DNA of 64,000 nt from Candidatus Bathyarchaeota archaeon (GCA_963828195.1 CAWHDT010000005.1:704001-768000), one strand, 5' to 3'. Counted from the first letter of the stretch, positions 48,249 through 58,892 are shown. Numbers and translations are program-made. Notes: generated by a model not told the origin, from the sequence alone.

Positions 48249-48930
48249 GCTCTTTAGGCATCAACTCGATAGCATATCGCAAAGCGGTCCTGGGCATGGT
48301 CTTCCGGTTTTTAAAGACGAAGTCGAAAACTTCTTTTTGGTGCTTTCGGCTTTCTTCTTTAAGCAGCCACCCGTAACCTTTCTGCACAAGGTCATCTTCA
48401 TCATTCAACAGAACGTCACATATTTCGAAGGCTTCTGGCATGAAAAAACCTTTTTTTGCTGGAACAATAAGCGACACAGCCGCAGCCCGTTTAAGCCACC
48501 GGTTTGTTGAGGTAGCCCAGCTTTTCACTTCTGTTAAAGCTTCGGGGGACTTCTGGATTAAATCGCCGAGGGTGTGGTTGCAGAAGCTGTCGCATTTAGC
48601 CCAATTATTAATGTATTGCTCAATCCACATCTTGAATGTCGCCAAATCGTCTAGTTCAATGTGCTCGATGTAGTTGGGCAGCCAGAAAGAAACTATGAAT
48701 GCTTCTTCAGTGAAGCCAGAACGGAGAAGCTCTTCGCATAGGCTAAAAATTGTTTGCTTGTCTTGGATTTTCACTTGTTTCCAATATTTTTTAGCAATTT
48801 TGCCGACGACTTCATTTTTAACGCCGTAGTATTTTACCTGTTCTTTAAAGAAACGCTGAAAACTATTTTGTATTTGCGGATCTATGTTGGCGTTTAATTC
48901 CTCTCTTATTTGGGCAAGAATATTGTTCAT
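48220..48930 (-). CDS. DNA alkylation repair protein (AlkD-like HEAT glycosylase)
   Basis: NNWAKCD, W.KRAAAV, VQKGYGWLLKE and MPRTALRYAIE. Confidence 0.88.
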   Translation of the reverse strand: MNNILAQIREELNANIDPQIQNSFQRFFKEQVKYYGVKNEVVGKIAKKYWKQVKIQDKQTIFSLCEELLRSGFTEEAFIVSFWLPNYIEHIELDDLATFKMWIEQYINNWAKCDSFCNHTLGDLIQKSPEALTEVKSWATSTNRWLKRAAAVSLIVPAKKGFFMPEAFEICDVLLNDEDDLVQKGYGWLLKEESRKHQKEVFDFVFKNRKTMPRTALRYAIELMPKELKARAMKKD

Positions 48931-49018
48931 AAAGCTAAAGCGGTTTTTATGAATTATAACTTTTTCTAATTATTTTCTGCGGAAAAGATGAGGGCAAAAA
49001 CAAAAAGGGAATTGACTG

Positions 49019-49306
49019 TTAGTAATCTTCCATTTGGTAGAGGTCGAGGTCGATGTTTAAGGGTTTTTCAGGTTCATGTGCCGATTCTAAATCGTAGAGA
49101 CACCGCGTTGCTTTTTCCAGTCTACTTGTTTTTTTAACAGGCACTTTATTTTTAACCATCCTGACGTTCATTTTGTTTTTCGGTTTACGAACTACGTTTG
49201 GACCGCCAATAACCATCGAGTGGTCAATGATTTTTGGAGCAACCTCAATCTTCGCGTCGTCAAAGCCCAAAGGCTTTAGTGCGTCGTCATGCAAATTTTT
49301 AGTCAA
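49019..49306 (-). CDS. hypothetical protein
   Basis: Probable TTG start at 49306 overlapping the RHH gene stop codon. Confidence 0.55.
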   Translation of the reverse strand: MTKNLHDDALKPLGFDDAKIEVAPKIIDHSMVIGGPNVVRKPKNKMNVRMVKNKVPVKKTSRLEKATRCLYDLESAHEPEKPLNIDLDLYQMEDY

Positions 49307-49454
49307 CGCCTTTGCGCCTCCATACCTCAGCACTGATTAAATCGCGAATTGCAACCCTGATGGCTTCGGCGCGGTTAGGGTAGAATCTTTCGTCTACCAG
49401 CTGGTCCAAAGCTTTTATATACGTTTCAGGCAGATACAGAGTAATTAATTTCAC
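49299..49454 (-). CDS. ribbon-helix-helix (CopG/CdrS-like) regulator
   Basis: GTG 49454 after GGAGAGG. MKLITLYLPE...LDQLV...YPNRAEAIRVAIRDL. Confidence 0.85.
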   Translation of the reverse strand: MKLITLYLPETYIKALDQLVDERFYPNRAEAIRVAIRDLISAEVWRRKGVD

Positions 49455-49671
49455 TTTAATTGTCCTCTCCCAGATTAGTTGGTAAGTAAACAAACGATGT
49501 GTTGTGGAATATACCTCTATATAATATGCTTTAAATATGCCTATAACATGTTCGTGCCTGCGCATATAAGCTTTTTTTGAGTCATGTTGCAGTTTTCTGT
49601 CTATTTCAGCTAAGAAACCTTTAAGTTTTTATCTCTTGTTGAAACATCTAACATACTGGTGTACATGGTCA

Positions 49672-50961
49672 ATGCAGGTTTTCGTTAGAAGCTTCGGATG
49701 TTCGGCAAATACAGCTGACAGCGAGGTCATAGCAGGCTGCCTAGCGCAAGCAGGCTTCGGACTGGCAGCTTCAGAGTCAGAGGCTGACCTCCTAATCTAC
49801 AATACCTGCGCCGTGAAAGGTCCAACAGAAAACCGCATTATCGAAGCTTTGAAGCGTGTACCAAAAGGCAAGAAGGTCATTGTCGCAGGCTGTCTGCCTG
49901 TGATCAGTTTTGAGCGGCTGCAACGCGAGGTGCGTTTTGATGGCGCAGTTGGTCCCTCAGGCGGCGTCGGAATAGTTGAGGTGGTTGCCCGCGTTTTAGC
50001 TGGAGAAAAAGTTGTCGAACTGTCCAGTTTGAATCTTAAGCCCAAACTTGATTTGCCAAGAGTGAACTCTAATCCAGTTATCAGCGTTGTACCAGTAAAT
50101 TTCGGCTGTTTAGGCTCATGTGCCTACTGCTGCGTTGTTTTCGCGCGCGGCCGCCTACGAAGCTACAGCATAAAAGAAATTACTGATCGGGTGCGGTGCG
50201 ATTTTGAGGCTGGCACCAGGGAGTTTTGGGTTACCTCGCAAGATACAGCTTGCTACGGACAGGATTTGCACATTAACTTGGCAGACTTGCTTGGGGCTCT
50301 TGGGGATTTGGCGGGCGATTTTAAGGTTCGAGTTGGCATGATGACGCCAAACATGGTGACTGACATGCAAGGTCGCCTTGTTGAAGCTTTTAGAAGCGAT
50401 AAAATCTTCAAGTTTCTGCATCTGCCAGTGCAAAGCGGAGATGATGAAACACTCAAGCGGATGCGTAGATTTTACTCGGTTGAGCAGTTTAAAGAGATTG
50501 TGGCTGCGTTTAGGGCTGAGTTTCCCGACTTGACGCTTGCCACAGACGTTATTGTGGGTTTTCCGGGGGAAACAGCTGAGGCTTTTCAGAATACGCTTAA
50601 GCTCTTAGAGGAAGTTAAGCCTGACGTGGTAAATGTTTCGAAGTTTTTTGCTAGACCCAAAACGGCTGCGGCGCAGATTCAGGATGGTTTGGTTGATCGA
50701 GATGAGATTAAGCGTAGAAGCGCGGTCGCCGCAGAGGTGGCGAGGCGGGTTTCTTTTGAGCGGAATCAGCGTTGGGTGGGCTGGGAGGTCGAAGTGCTTG
50801 TCGATGAGAAGGGCAAAGTGGAGGGGTCGTGGGTGGGACGCAACTTCGCTTATAAACCCGTCGTTGTTAAAAGCACAGATAACTTGCTGGGCAAAACGGT
50901 TAAAGTTAAGGTTGTTGAAGCTTCAACTACTTACCTCAAGAGCGTAATATCTGAGGCATAA
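49672..50961 (+). CDS. mtaB: tRNA t6A37 methylthiotransferase (archaeal MtaB/CDKAL1 type)
   Basis: FGCSAN, NTCAVK, GCLGSCAYC, HLPVQSG and a TRAM domain. Confidence 0.88.
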   Translation: MQVFVRSFGCSANTADSEVIAGCLAQAGFGLAASESEADLLIYNTCAVKGPTENRIIEALKRVPKGKKVIVAGCLPVISFERLQREVRFDGAVGPSGGVGIVEVVARVLAGEKVVELSSLNLKPKLDLPRVNSNPVISVVPVNFGCLGSCAYCCVVFARGRLRSYSIKEITDRVRCDFEAGTREFWVTSQDTACYGQDLHINLADLLGALGDLAGDFKVRVGMMTPNMVTDMQGRLVEAFRSDKIFKFLHLPVQSGDDETLKRMRRFYSVEQFKEIVAAFRAEFPDLTLATDVIVGFPGETAEAFQNTLKLLEEVKPDVVNVSKFFARPKTAAAQIQDGLVDRDEIKRRSAVAAEVARRVSFERNQRWVGWEVEVLVDEKGKVEGSWVGRNFAYKPVVVKSTDNLLGKTVKVKVVEASTTYLKSVISEA

Positions 50962-51017
50962 GGTCACACTGGAATACTTAAATAATTTCGGTCACTGTAT
51001 TTTTGTTGTGTTGAGAA

Positions 51018-52442
51018 ATGACGGATTCACAATCGAGCATTTACTTTTTTAATACTTTAACGCGTAAGAAAGAATCTTTTGTTCCATTGGAACCCGGCAA
51101 AGTGAAAATGTACACGTGCGGCCCTACAGTTTATGATTATGCGCATATTGGTAATTTTCGGGCTTTTTTGTTTGAGGATTTGCTGAAGCGCTGGCTTGTT
51201 TACCGGGGCTTCAAAGTTACCCACGTCATGAACCTAACGGATATTGATGACAAAACAATTAAGGGCAGCCAAAAACAGCAGATACCGCTCAAGCAATACA
51301 CGGATTTCTATGTGAAAGCGTTCTTTGAAGACATTAAAGCGTTAAACATCCAGCCAGCCGACGTTTACCCCCGAGCCACCGAGTTCGTTCCAGAAATGGT
51401 TGCGTTAATCAAAACTTTAATGGAGAAAGGCTTCGCTTACAAAGGGGAAGATGGCTCAATCTACTATTCAGTCTGTAAATTTCCAAATTACGGTAAACTA
51501 TCAAACATAAAGGTTGGCGAGCTTAAGGCAGGTGCACGGGTAAGCCAAGATGAATATTGCAAAGAGGAAGCCCAGGATTTCGCGTTGTGGAAGGCTTGGA
51601 CGCCTGAGGATGGGGACGTTTTTTGGGAGACTGATCTGGGTAAAGGCAGACCAGGCTGGCACATCGAATGCAGCGCGATGAGCATGAAGTATCTTGGCGA
51701 AACCTTTGACATTCACTGCGGCGGAGTCAACAACATGTTTCCCCATCATGAAAACGAGATCGCTCAAAGCGAAGCTGCCACAGGCAAGAAATTCGTGAAT
51801 TACTGGCTGCACAATGAACATTTGCTTGTTGAAGGAAAAAAAATGTCCAAGCGCTTCGGCAACTTCTACACGCTCCGCGACCTCTTGGCCAAAGGGTACG
51901 ACCCGATTGCAATTCGTTACCTGCTTCTGTCCACACATTATAGGCAGCAGTTCAACTTCACTTTTGAAGGCTTAGAATCCTCGAAAAGCGCAATTGATAG
52001 GCTGAAGAATTTTGTTCGACGCTTATATGAAACAGACGGCAAGGACAGCAAGGGAAAAGTCGCCGCTTTTACTGAAAAGCTTGAGACGTGCTTCGGCGGT
52101 TCAATGGATGATGACTTGGATATTGGGATGGCGTTGGCATCATTGTTTAATTTTGTGCGGGAAATAAACAGTCTGCTTGACGCAAACATGGTAAGCAAAC
52201 AGGAAGCAGCGGATGTCGGCGGTTTGATGATGCGGGTAGATGAGGTCTTAGGCGTTATCGGTAAAGTGGAAGTGGAGGAAGCCCTGCCAGTGGATATTGA
52301 CGCACTCGTGCAGAAGCGAGAGGCGGCGCGAAAAGCCAAGAACTGGAAAGAAGCCGACGATATAAGAGCTCAGCTTAAAGCGATGGGTATTGTTCTTGAG
52401 GATACAGCACAAGGCATACGGTGGCACAAAGAGAAACCTTAA
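51018..52442 (+). CDS. cysS: cysteine--tRNA ligase
   Basis: CGPTVY, HIGN, GRPGWHIECS and KMSK. Confidence 0.97.
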   Translation: MTDSQSSIYFFNTLTRKKESFVPLEPGKVKMYTCGPTVYDYAHIGNFRAFLFEDLLKRWLVYRGFKVTHVMNLTDIDDKTIKGSQKQQIPLKQYTDFYVKAFFEDIKALNIQPADVYPRATEFVPEMVALIKTLMEKGFAYKGEDGSIYYSVCKFPNYGKLSNIKVGELKAGARVSQDEYCKEEAQDFALWKAWTPEDGDVFWETDLGKGRPGWHIECSAMSMKYLGETFDIHCGGVNNMFPHHENEIAQSEAATGKKFVNYWLHNEHLLVEGKKMSKRFGNFYTLRDLLAKGYDPIAIRYLLLSTHYRQQFNFTFEGLESSKSAIDRLKNFVRRLYETDGKDSKGKVAAFTEKLETCFGGSMDDDLDIGMALASLFNFVREINSLLDANMVSKQEAADVGGLMMRVDEVLGVIGKVEVEEALPVDIDALVQKREAARKAKNWKEADDIRAQLKAMGIVLEDTAQGIRWHKEKP

Positions 52443-53224
52443 ACAGCTTTACCTTCTAAAATCCATTCTTTTGTAGCATACTTTTCTTTGCAGAGCTTGT
52501 TTGCAAGCTCCACCTCGTATGGCGAAAGCTCGCCAGGCTCAAGCTGAATCTTGAGCATCGCCCTAAATCCCTGAGCCAACGCATTGGCAACGGTTTCAGG
52601 CATAATAGGGTGGCCGAGTTCGTTTTGGATGCTGGTGATTTTGCGTTTGGCGATGTCTGCGGCTTGAGTGCAACTTGCGTTTTTTAGTTTAAGAAGCTGA
52701 AACATTTTGGGCAGATCGACGCTTCTCAATACTGTGCCGTGCTGCAAGACGACGCCGCGGGTTATGGTTTGGCTGCTTCCTGAGATTTTTTTTCCGCCGA
52801 CCGTCATGTTGGGGCAGTTTTTGGCGTCGCCGACGCTAAAGTCAGCCGTTATCCCCAATAGCCTAAGCGCATCTTTAATCGCCTCATAAATCTTGGCGTA
52901 AACCGTGGTTATGTCCGCCGTGCCCAAGTCAGTTGCTTTGGCGATTACGCCGTAGGTAACTTCGCCCTCAAAATCGTGGAAGACGGTGCCGCCGCCGCTT
53001 ATACGCCGAACCACATCTACACCCAACTGCTTGCAAGCATCAAGGTAAACTTCGGCTTCGGGATTCTGGTTTCTGCCGACACTGACAGCTGATGGCTGCC
53101 AACGGTAAATCCGCAGGGTGTTTGGCACTTGCCCAGCAATCCGCGCCGTCAAAATCGCCTCATCAACCGCCATGTTCATGAACGCATTGTTGGTTTCAAG
53201 TGGAAGCAAACGCCAAGTATCCAT
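52439..53224 (-). CDS. lipoate-protein ligase A / LipM-like catalytic domain
   Basis: NMAVDEAI, RRISGGG.V.HD, KKISGSSQ and LQHG. Confidence 0.88.
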   Translation of the reverse strand: MDTWRLLPLETNNAFMNMAVDEAILTARIAGQVPNTLRIYRWQPSAVSVGRNQNPEAEVYLDACKQLGVDVVRRISGGGTVFHDFEGEVTYGVIAKATDLGTADITTVYAKIYEAIKDALRLLGITADFSVGDAKNCPNMTVGGKKISGSSQTITRGVVLQHGTVLRSVDLPKMFQLLKLKNASCTQAADIAKRKITSIQNELGHPIMPETVANALAQGFRAMLKIQLEPGELSPYEVELANKLCKEKYATKEWILEGKAV

Positions 53225-53350
53225 ACAATTCAATCCTTCCTTATGGAAAAATGGGTATCACTTAAAACTGTTATGCAACATGAAAGTAAAGTTGTTTTTA
53301 GCAACCCTAATATGTGTGCACAATAATATTTTTTGTGAACAGGGACCTTA

Positions 53351-53860
53351 ATGCTCATCATTAAAGATTCAATGATCCTAATTCATCTTGCGGTAGAAGG
53401 CGTTTTGAAAGAGGCATGTATGATGTTTGGGCAAGTAATGATACCTTACGCTGTTCACAGAGAGGTAGTGGAAAAGGGAATTGACGCCAATCATGCGGAC
53501 GCGTACATTGTTCAAAAACTCAAGAAAGAAAAATACATTCAAGTCGTTGAAGTAACTGACAATATGTTGATGGACGAACTGAAACAATATGGATTACGAG
53601 GCGGAGAATTGGAGGCTGTAGCCCTATACATTCAGGAGAAAGCCGACATAATAGCATCCAATGACGATAAAGTGAGAAAACTGCGGTTGATCCTAAATCT
53701 TAACTTAGTGTCATCTCCCGAAATTGTCTTCCTACTGGCAAAAAACGGAATTGTCACCAAAAACAGGGCAATAGAATGTTTACGTGAGCTTGAAAAAATC
53801 GGGTGGTTCTCAAACAATGTATTATATTCCATTATATCGGAGGTGGATAAACTTGAGTGA
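53351..53860 (+). CDS. PIN-domain protein (DUF3368-like)
   Basis: IIKDSMILIHLA, IPYAVHRE, GELEAVAL and ND. Confidence 0.75.
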   Translation: MLIIKDSMILIHLAVEGVLKEACMMFGQVMIPYAVHREVVEKGIDANHADAYIVQKLKKEKYIQVVEVTDNMLMDELKQYGLRGGELEAVALYIQEKADIIASNDDKVRKLRLILNLNLVSSPEIVFLLAKNGIVTKNRAIECLRELEKIGWFSNNVLYSIISEVDKLE

Positions 53861-54170
53861 GACGACAAGCGTGGGAGTGAGGTTATCAAAGAAGTTTTTA
53901 GAGTACATTGACAAGGAAGCTGAAAGGGAAAGCGTAGATCGATCAGTCATCATCAGAAGATTAATAGAGATGGGCGCAGCAGAAGCTGAGAAAAACAAAG
54001 CGGCAAAACTCTATATGGAGGGCAAAATCTCGATAAGCGGCGCCGCTGAGATGGCTAAACTCACGATACCTGAGATGGTTGATTACCTTGTGTGCAAGGG
54101 TTTCAAGTCCGAGTATTCGATTGATGATTTCAGAAGAGGCGTAAGTCTGTTGGACAAAAAGCCCGAATAG
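53853..54170 (+). CDS. UPF0175-like antitoxin (RHH + HTH)
   Basis: TTG 53853 after GGAGGTGG. VGVRLS...DRSVIIR...Y.EGKISISGAAEMA. Confidence 0.75.
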   Translation: MSETTSVGVRLSKKFLEYIDKEAERESVDRSVIIRRLIEMGAAEAEKNKAAKLYMEGKISISGAAEMAKLTIPEMVDYLVCKGFKSEYSIDDFRRGVSLLDKKPE

Positions 54171-54601
54171 CGAAAAACAAGAAGTTAGAGAACCAAGATG
54201 TACTGCCGCTGATTTTTTCAGTTAAGTTATCCAACGAACGGTAACAGGTGAACATGATGTATGAAAAACCAAAACGAGTCCGTTTTTGGCCAAATAAACC
54301 TGAAATAGACGTAACAAAAGTGACGAATTAATATTTTATTTCAATCAATTATTTGTCAATGGAACCCTAGCCTTTTTGCATCTTTCCCCATCTTTCAGTA
54401 TCTGTTCCTATCTTTCTGTATCTTCTTACACCTCAACCAGCAAACGAATCAAACGCAAAACAAAAAAAGCAACCCAAAAACAAATTTTTCGCAAAGGACA
54501 CCCCCCTACCTACTTTTTGTTGACGCACTCAGACACAAAAAGAGCAAATCATAAAGCCTTAAAACCTGAGCGTGCATTTTAAAGGCAAAGAGGAAATGTA
54601 A

Positions 54602-55483
54602 TTGAAGGTTATCTGTGGTCCAGCGTCGAAGGAGCTTGCTGAAGCGGTTTCAGCATCGGTGGGTTGCCAAAGTATTCCTGTGGCGTCGAAGGTTTTTCCC
54701 GACGGGGAATCGTATGTGCGTTTGGAAGGGGATGTTAAAGGAGAAACTGTGGCTATTGTGCAGACAACGTGTCCGCCGGCGCAGGATGGTCGGCTTCTTC
54801 AGCTGGCCTTCATGGCTGACGCCGCGAAGCGTGCTGGTGCAAGCAGGGTTTTAGCTGTTGTGCCGTATTTGGCTTATGCCCGTCAGGACAAGATGTTTCT
54901 CGCAGGTGAAGGCGTAAGCGTGGAAACCGTCGCTCGCATGCTCAAAGCGGCAGGAATCGATGAGATATTGACGGTTAACATTCACTCTGAATCTGCCCTT
55001 GCAAAGTTTCCGTTTCCCGCCAAAACAGTCAGCGCCATACCGCTTTTGGCAAGGTACTTTGTAGATAAAGGCTTCAAAGGCGCGTTCGCCCTCTCCCCTG
55101 ATAAAGGCGCCATGTACATTGCCCAGCAGGCGCAGGCAGTGCTAGGGGGAGATTGCGGGCACCTGAATAAAACCCGTGACCGATACACTGGACAGACCGT
55201 GCAGACGGCTGAGGGCTTAAACGTGAAGGGTCAAACCGTCATAATTTTCGACGACATCATCAGCACAGGCGGCACCATCGTGGGAGCAGCCAAAATCCTT
55301 CGCGAGCAAGGCGCCAAACACGTTTTCTGCACTTGCGTACACGGCTTGCTTATCGGCGACGCACAGAAACGCATCCTTGACGCAGGAGTAGAGGAAATCG
55401 TGGGGACTGACAGCGTGCCTGACGGTGTAAGCAAGGTTTCTTTGGCGCCGCTGTTGAGCCAAGAACTTAGGGCGCAAAAATAG
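54602..55483 (+). CDS. prs: ribose-phosphate pyrophosphokinase
   Basis: FPDGE, PYLAYARQD, SPDKG and DDIISTGGT. Confidence 0.95.
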   Translation: MKVICGPASKELAEAVSASVGCQSIPVASKVFPDGESYVRLEGDVKGETVAIVQTTCPPAQDGRLLQLAFMADAAKRAGASRVLAVVPYLAYARQDKMFLAGEGVSVETVARMLKAAGIDEILTVNIHSESALAKFPFPAKTVSAIPLLARYFVDKGFKGAFALSPDKGAMYIAQQAQAVLGGDCGHLNKTRDRYTGQTVQTAEGLNVKGQTVIIFDDIISTGGTIVGAAKILREQGAKHVFCTCVHGLLIGDAQKRILDAGVEEIVGTDSVPDGVSKVSLAPLLSQELRAQK

Positions 55484-56532
55484 TGGTAAAACTTTTTTTT
55501 CTTTTGTCAGGCGAGAATGAGTCGCTGCCCGCAGCGGAGGTTAAAGCTATACTGGAGGCTGAAGGCTATCCTTACGCGAATGCTGAAGAGTTCGATCAGG
55601 TTTTGCGGTTAGAAGCAGAAGTAGGCAGCGTAAAGGCGGTTCAGGTTCGGTCGGCGTACACTCGGGTTTGTGCTTTGGAGCTTTTTGTTTCAAACGCGAA
55701 CCACGCCGACATTGCTAAGGCGGCTGCTGAAACCGACTTTAAATCCGTGCTTAAAGCTGGCGAAAGTTTCGCCGTGAGGATAAACCGCATAAAAAATTAT
55801 GCTGACCAAGCGCTAAACACGATGGCGCTTGAAGGCAAACTGGGCAAACAAATCCTAAACGGCACCGAAGACACCAAAGTCAGCCTCAAAAACCCCGATA
55901 AAACCTTCTTAGGCATAATAAGCAGTGAAAAACTTGTTTTAGGCTTGAAACTCACCGATATAACGTCTAAAACCTTCTCGGAACGACGCCCCCGAAAAAA
56001 ACCCTTCTTCCACCCGTCCGCAATGCCGTCAAAGATGGCGCGTTGCATGGTAAATCTGACGCATGCAAAAGCTGAGGATTTGCTGCTTGACCCGTTTTGC
56101 GGTACAGGCACTTCGCTTATTGAAGCCACCTACATTGGCTGCAGAGCGGTGGGGGTTGATGCGCAGAAGCGGATGGTTTTGGGGTGCAGGAAAAATCTGC
56201 GGCACTTCAACATTACGGCTGAAGGCTTAATCTGGGCTGATGCACGTCACTTGCCATTAACGAAGGCGGACTGCGTAGTTACTGACCCACCGTATGGACG
56301 CTCCTCAAGCACGCTCAAATCAACAACTAAGCAGCTGGTGCAGGATGTCTTGGCGTCTGCGTATGGCTTGCTGGGTATAGGGCAACGGATTTGTATTGCG
56401 TCTCCTAAGACATTAAACATTAAAGCGTTAGGGGTAGCATTGGGCTATAGGCATGTTGAGTCCCACTTCGCCTTTGTGCATAGAACGTTAACAAGAGAAA
56501 TCGCAGTGTTCGAGAAGGTGCAAAAAGAGTGA
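55483..56532 (+). CDS. THUMP-domain tRNA (guanine-10-N2) methyltransferase Trm11
   Basis: LSGE..SLP.AE, PFFHP, LDPFCGTG and TDPPYG. Confidence 0.88.
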   Translation: MVKLFFLLSGENESLPAAEVKAILEAEGYPYANAEEFDQVLRLEAEVGSVKAVQVRSAYTRVCALELFVSNANHADIAKAAAETDFKSVLKAGESFAVRINRIKNYADQALNTMALEGKLGKQILNGTEDTKVSLKNPDKTFLGIISSEKLVLGLKLTDITSKTFSERRPRKKPFFHPSAMPSKMARCMVNLTHAKAEDLLLDPFCGTGTSLIEATYIGCRAVGVDAQKRMVLGCRKNLRHFNITAEGLIWADARHLPLTKADCVVTDPPYGRSSSTLKSTTKQLVQDVLASAYGLLGIGQRICIASPKTLNIKALGVALGYRHVESHFAFVHRTLTREIAVFEKVQKE

Positions 56533-57452
56533 GTATTCGCGTGGTGTTTTTGGGTACAAGCGGGAGCGTCCCGACATTAAAGCGGAGCTTGCCGTGTGTC
56601 GTTGTCCAGTGTCCAAAGGAACTCTGGATGTTTGACTGCGGCGAAAACACGCAGCGGCAAATGATGCAGGCAAAAGTAAGCTTCCACAAAAAACTCAAAG
56701 TCTTCCTCACACATCTGCATGGAGACCATGTGCTAGGGTTGCCAGGCGTTTTGCAGACGATGGCTCTGATGGACCGCAAAGAACCAGTCGCCGTGTATGG
56801 TCCGCCGGGAATTAAGGATTTTCTGGTCTGCACAAAAGAAACCCTCAACTTCGGATTAACTTTCCAAGTTGAAATCAACGAGATTCAGGGCGAAGGCACA
56901 ATCCAAGACGAAGAAAACTACACTCTAACAGCCGCCAAGTCTAACCATGCAGTAGAAAGCTACGCTTACGCGCTTATTGAAAAGCCGCGCCCCGGACGGT
57001 TCTACCCCAAAAAAGCCCAAGCGCTGGAAGTACCTGTTGGAGAGTTCTGGTCAAAGCTTCAAGGCGGCGAGGAAATAACGCTGCCAAACGGCAAAGTGGT
57101 TAAGCCCAGCGACGTAATGGGGGCACCTCGCGCGGGACGCAAAATAGTTTACACTGGAGACACAAAGCCGTTTGATGCGTTTGCAAAGTTTGCGGCAGGA
57201 ACCGACTTAGTTATTCACGAGAGCACCTTCGACGATTCACTAGCCGAAAAAGCCGCACACGACGGACATTCAACACCAAGCCAAGCAGCGGAGGAAGCAA
57301 AGGCAGCAGGGGCAAAAAAGCTGGTTTTGACGCATATTAGTGCACGGTATCCTGATGCAAGTTTGCTTTTGGAGCAGGCGAAAAAAGTTTTTGCGAACAC
57401 TGTGTTAGCTGAGGATTTTATGGAGTTGGAGTTGCCGCTTAATCAAGCCTAG
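56529..57452 (+). CDS. rnz: ribonuclease Z
   Basis: FLGTS, HLHGDH, YTGDT, HEST, GHST and LTHISARY, plus the flexible arm. Confidence 0.95.
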   Translation: MSIRVVFLGTSGSVPTLKRSLPCVVVQCPKELWMFDCGENTQRQMMQAKVSFHKKLKVFLTHLHGDHVLGLPGVLQTMALMDRKEPVAVYGPPGIKDFLVCTKETLNFGLTFQVEINEIQGEGTIQDEENYTLTAAKSNHAVESYAYALIEKPRPGRFYPKKAQALEVPVGEFWSKLQGGEEITLPNGKVVKPSDVMGAPRAGRKIVYTGDTKPFDAFAKFAAGTDLVIHESTFDDSLAEKAAHDGHSTPSQAAEEAKAAGAKKLVLTHISARYPDASLLLEQAKKVFANTVLAEDFMELELPLNQA

Positions 57453-58231
57453 GCGAGAAGCTGCTTTAGTTTTTTGACGCTTTCGGAAACGTCTGTTATG
57501 GATTCAACAATTACGGATTTGTCGTAGCCGATTTTCCGTAGGGTTTGCGCGAACAAGTTGTAGTCGATTTTGCCTTGACCGATGCCGAGGTGCTGGTCAT
57601 CTGAGCCGTCGTTGTCGCTTGCGTGGATGTGGACGATTTTGTCTGCCAGCAGTTGGAAGAAGGGTTCAATTTGGCCCTCCAAGTTAGCGTGCCCAAGATC
57701 CATCACGATGCCTACGGGCAGGTTTGTTTCTCGGTAGAAACGAGCGAACTCTTCAGGTTTACTCATGAAAAAATAGTATTTCGCGGGCAAATTCTCCAAC
57801 GCAATGTTTACGCCGTATTCTTCTGCTGCCCTGTAGAGTTCTTGGATGCTGTGGTTGTTTTGCTTCCAGTCAGCGCCGGGGTAGAATTGGCCGATGCCTG
57901 TTTTCGCTCCTGGATGAAAAACCCAAACCTTAGCATCTATTGCGCTGGCATAAGCCATGGATTGCTTGAGCCGTTTCATCGATGCGTTCAGCATAGTTTT
58001 GGAGGGCGAGGCAATGTTTATGTCTGCGAAGGGCGCATGCAACGAGTATTCTAAGCTGAGTGTTTTTGCGGCTTCTTTAAGGGTGGCAACTCGTTTTTTG
58101 TCAAGTTCATGCGTGCCATCATCTACAACTTCAATGGTGCGCGTGTTCATGCCGTCTAAACGTTTAACCATCCGATTGAACGGTTCACCAAGACAGTAAA
58201 GCATCGAAACACCAACTTTAGCTTTGGGCAT
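57449..58231 (-). CDS. sugar phosphate isomerase/epimerase family (AP endonuclease 2 TIM barrel)
   Basis: HAPF.DIN, HPG, ENL, DLGHA and HIHASDN...DQH. Confidence 0.85.
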   Translation of the reverse strand: MPKAKVGVSMLYCLGEPFNRMVKRLDGMNTRTIEVVDDGTHELDKKRVATLKEAAKTLSLEYSLHAPFADINIASPSKTMLNASMKRLKQSMAYASAIDAKVWVFHPGAKTGIGQFYPGADWKQNNHSIQELYRAAEEYGVNIALENLPAKYYFFMSKPEEFARFYRETNLPVGIVMDLGHANLEGQIEPFFQLLADKIVHIHASDNDGSDDQHLGIGQGKIDYNLFAQTLRKIGYDKSVIVESITDVSESVKKLKQLLA

Positions 58232-58373
58232 GCAACAGTTACCTTCCTGTTAAGAGATTAATTTGCTGCTTAAGAGTTTAAAACAAGCTTAATAACCTAA
58301 TTGAAACAAGCGAAAAAATTAGACAACCCAAAAGGTTTTTTTCTTCAGATAAGTGGCTATTTTTTGAAAAAGA

Positions 58374-58892
58374 CTATAGGAGTAGTTTTCTGCCCCACTG
58401 CGGCTGTGACCTAAATGAGTCCGGTCGGGTGGTTTTATACTGGACTTGCCTTACGCCCAGTGCCAGTTCAGTGAACTCTTTTATGGTTGTATATCGGAAA
58501 TCCCAGGTTGGCGTTCCGCAGCGTATGCCGCTGCACATGGTGTCCCCGTAAACGTACAGGCGTATTCCGCCGTAGTCGTAGGCGGCCTGTTTTTCTTCGC
58601 CGTATTTTGGTTCGGAGAGCACTTTGAAGGGCCAGATTTTGCAGGCTTCAGGCTTCATGTTTTGCAGTGCGCAGAAGTAGTTGTTTGCGTGGTTACAGAG
58701 GAAGGCGCATGAGCCGTCGCTGCCCCGTTTAATGTAGAATCGGTCTAAGCCCGCCACGGTTGTTTCCACGCCGAAAGTTTTCGCTAATTGCAGCCATTCC
58801 GCGGCGCCTAAGACCACGCTGTAGAGTTTGCAGCAGTAACCGCATGCTTTGCAACGCCAATCCGCTATGTTTTGCCATGGAACAAACTGCAT
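58374..58892 (-). CDS. YkgJ-family CxxCxxCC cysteine-cluster protein
   Basis: CKACGYCC...C.FL...C...KPEACKIWPF. Confidence 0.85.
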   Translation of the reverse strand: MQFVPWQNIADWRCKACGYCCKLYSVVLGAAEWLQLAKTFGVETTVAGLDRFYIKRGSDGSCAFLCNHANNYFCALQNMKPEACKIWPFKVLSEPKYGEEKQAAYDYGGIRLYVYGDTMCSGIRCGTPTWDFRYTTIKEFTELALGVRQVQYKTTRPDSFRSQPQWGRKLLL

